In this document: piece by piece, positions 62,922-64,000 of the stretch | How the letters are laid out: the number at the start of each line of letters is the position of its first letter | Position numbering within the stretch: position 1 is the first letter of the stretch | Origin: Tubiluchus corallicola | Taxonomy: Eukaryota; Animalia; Priapulida | Direction of reading: 5' to 3' | NCBI GenBank assembly: GCA_030141605.1 | Contig: JAQGDQ010000077.1 | Location: 310,001-374,000 of the forward strand | DNA length: 64,000 nt | The notes under the pieces: generated by a model | Told to the model about the DNA's origin: nothing | The model's input: the letters and a program-made list of their open reading frames with translations, nothing else | Database searches by the model: none | Program-made: the position numbers and the translations under genes

Positions 62922-63629
62922 CAGTGGCGGTTCGTGCCCGAAATTAGTGGGGGTGCTGCCTCAGAAAATTTTTAGCTATTGTTTTAATGCCGTGCAAAAC
63001 TAAACAAACATATGTATAATTTTAACGTTTTAGTCCAAGTCACTTTAACTCCAAACACGGGAAGCAAAACAATGCATTTTTTAACCGCAAAGCCAACCTT
63101 TTCTTTGGTACCATTTAGAATTAAAGCTACGAATATAGTTCTTGTTGTTGCTTTTTTCTGGCTGAGACATTTAAAGAGCAGGTGCTGAATGGCCTCTTTT
63201 CTTAACTGCAACTTTCTCCTGGAGAGACAAATGTGAAAAATTCAGCTGTTGAAGTTCACTTACAATCACAACTTTTCTTGGGGATGCAAGGCACCCATGA
63301 TTAAATTATTTATATTTTAAGCACACATGAGTCTACATTTTATCACATCCAAGAATGTGACGGTACACCATGAGCACGTGACAATTGAAACTGTGTTAGC
63401 AACAGTACTTTCTCTACGTAGCAGCAGATGCTTGCAGTGCAGGCTACATCATGTTATTTCAGACATGTGCGCATGTGCACAACAGCCAAACACCACGTTG
63501 CTTGGGCTGTGAAGCAAACAGTACTACTGCACAAGAACTAAAGAAATTGACTTATATTGAATGTTATCAATAATGAGTGAAAATAGGGGGTGCTGCAGTA
63601 CCACAGTACCCATACAGGAGCCGCCACGG
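62922..63629. mobile_element. Non-autonomous hAT-type element with 8-bp TSD
   Basis: TIRs CAGTGGCGGTTC...GAGCCGCCACGG, flanked by CCAGAATT and CCACAATT (7/8 match), with GGGGGTGCTGC subterminal motifs at both ends. Confidence 0.8.
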
Positions 63630-64000
63630 CCACAATTGCATCAGTGTCTTCATTAGCAGTCTTTAACTGTTTAAACTGTCACGTATAAGTATAAACCATA
63701 GAGTTAGAAGAATGCTATAATCACAGCTAGTGTGACCTTGAAAGTGAATGTTTAACTAGTAAATGTTAATATGAAATACAGCCTTTACCAAGTAATTCAA
63801 TTAATCTTCATATATACTACAGGGCTTAACTACTATGATTCATTCCTAGAAATTTTTTAATAGTTTCTGGTGTTAAGACAAAAATAATGAGAATTGATTT
63901 TATTTTTTAATTTTTGGGAAATGACCATTAATTGTAACCTAAAACAATGAAGCAAATGTAATAAAGTTTGAATACATATTAGGAGACTAGACTGTTTTTT

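Overview
This is AT-rich eukaryotic DNA (roughly one-third GC by eye) from a bilaterian invertebrate, with GT-AG spliceosomal introns, many microsatellites and transposon relics; nothing looks prokaryotic. Five genes are supported. (1) A multi-exon cholecystokinin/sulfakinin-type GPCR (+, 8435-29140, probably extended by C-terminal micro-exons to ~33830). (2) An intronless TRMT6/GCD10 ORF (-, 44479-46320). (3) A five-coding-exon C16orf87/UPF0547 zinc-ribbon gene (-, 52041-46440), reconstructed by hand and almost absent from the ORF track. (4) A two-exon melatonin-receptor-like class A GPCR (+, 56590-59073). (5) The first coding exon of an ABCC1/MRP1-type transporter (+, 62736-62783). The most striking feature is that the TRMT6 ATG lies only 119 nt after the C16orf87 stop codon, on the same strand, with no poly(A) signal or ATG in between. 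This suggests a bicistronic, operon-like or shared-exon C16orf87-TRMT6 transcription unit, possibly created by retroposition. All splice models and family assignments were made by eye and from recalled protein motifs; no searches were run.
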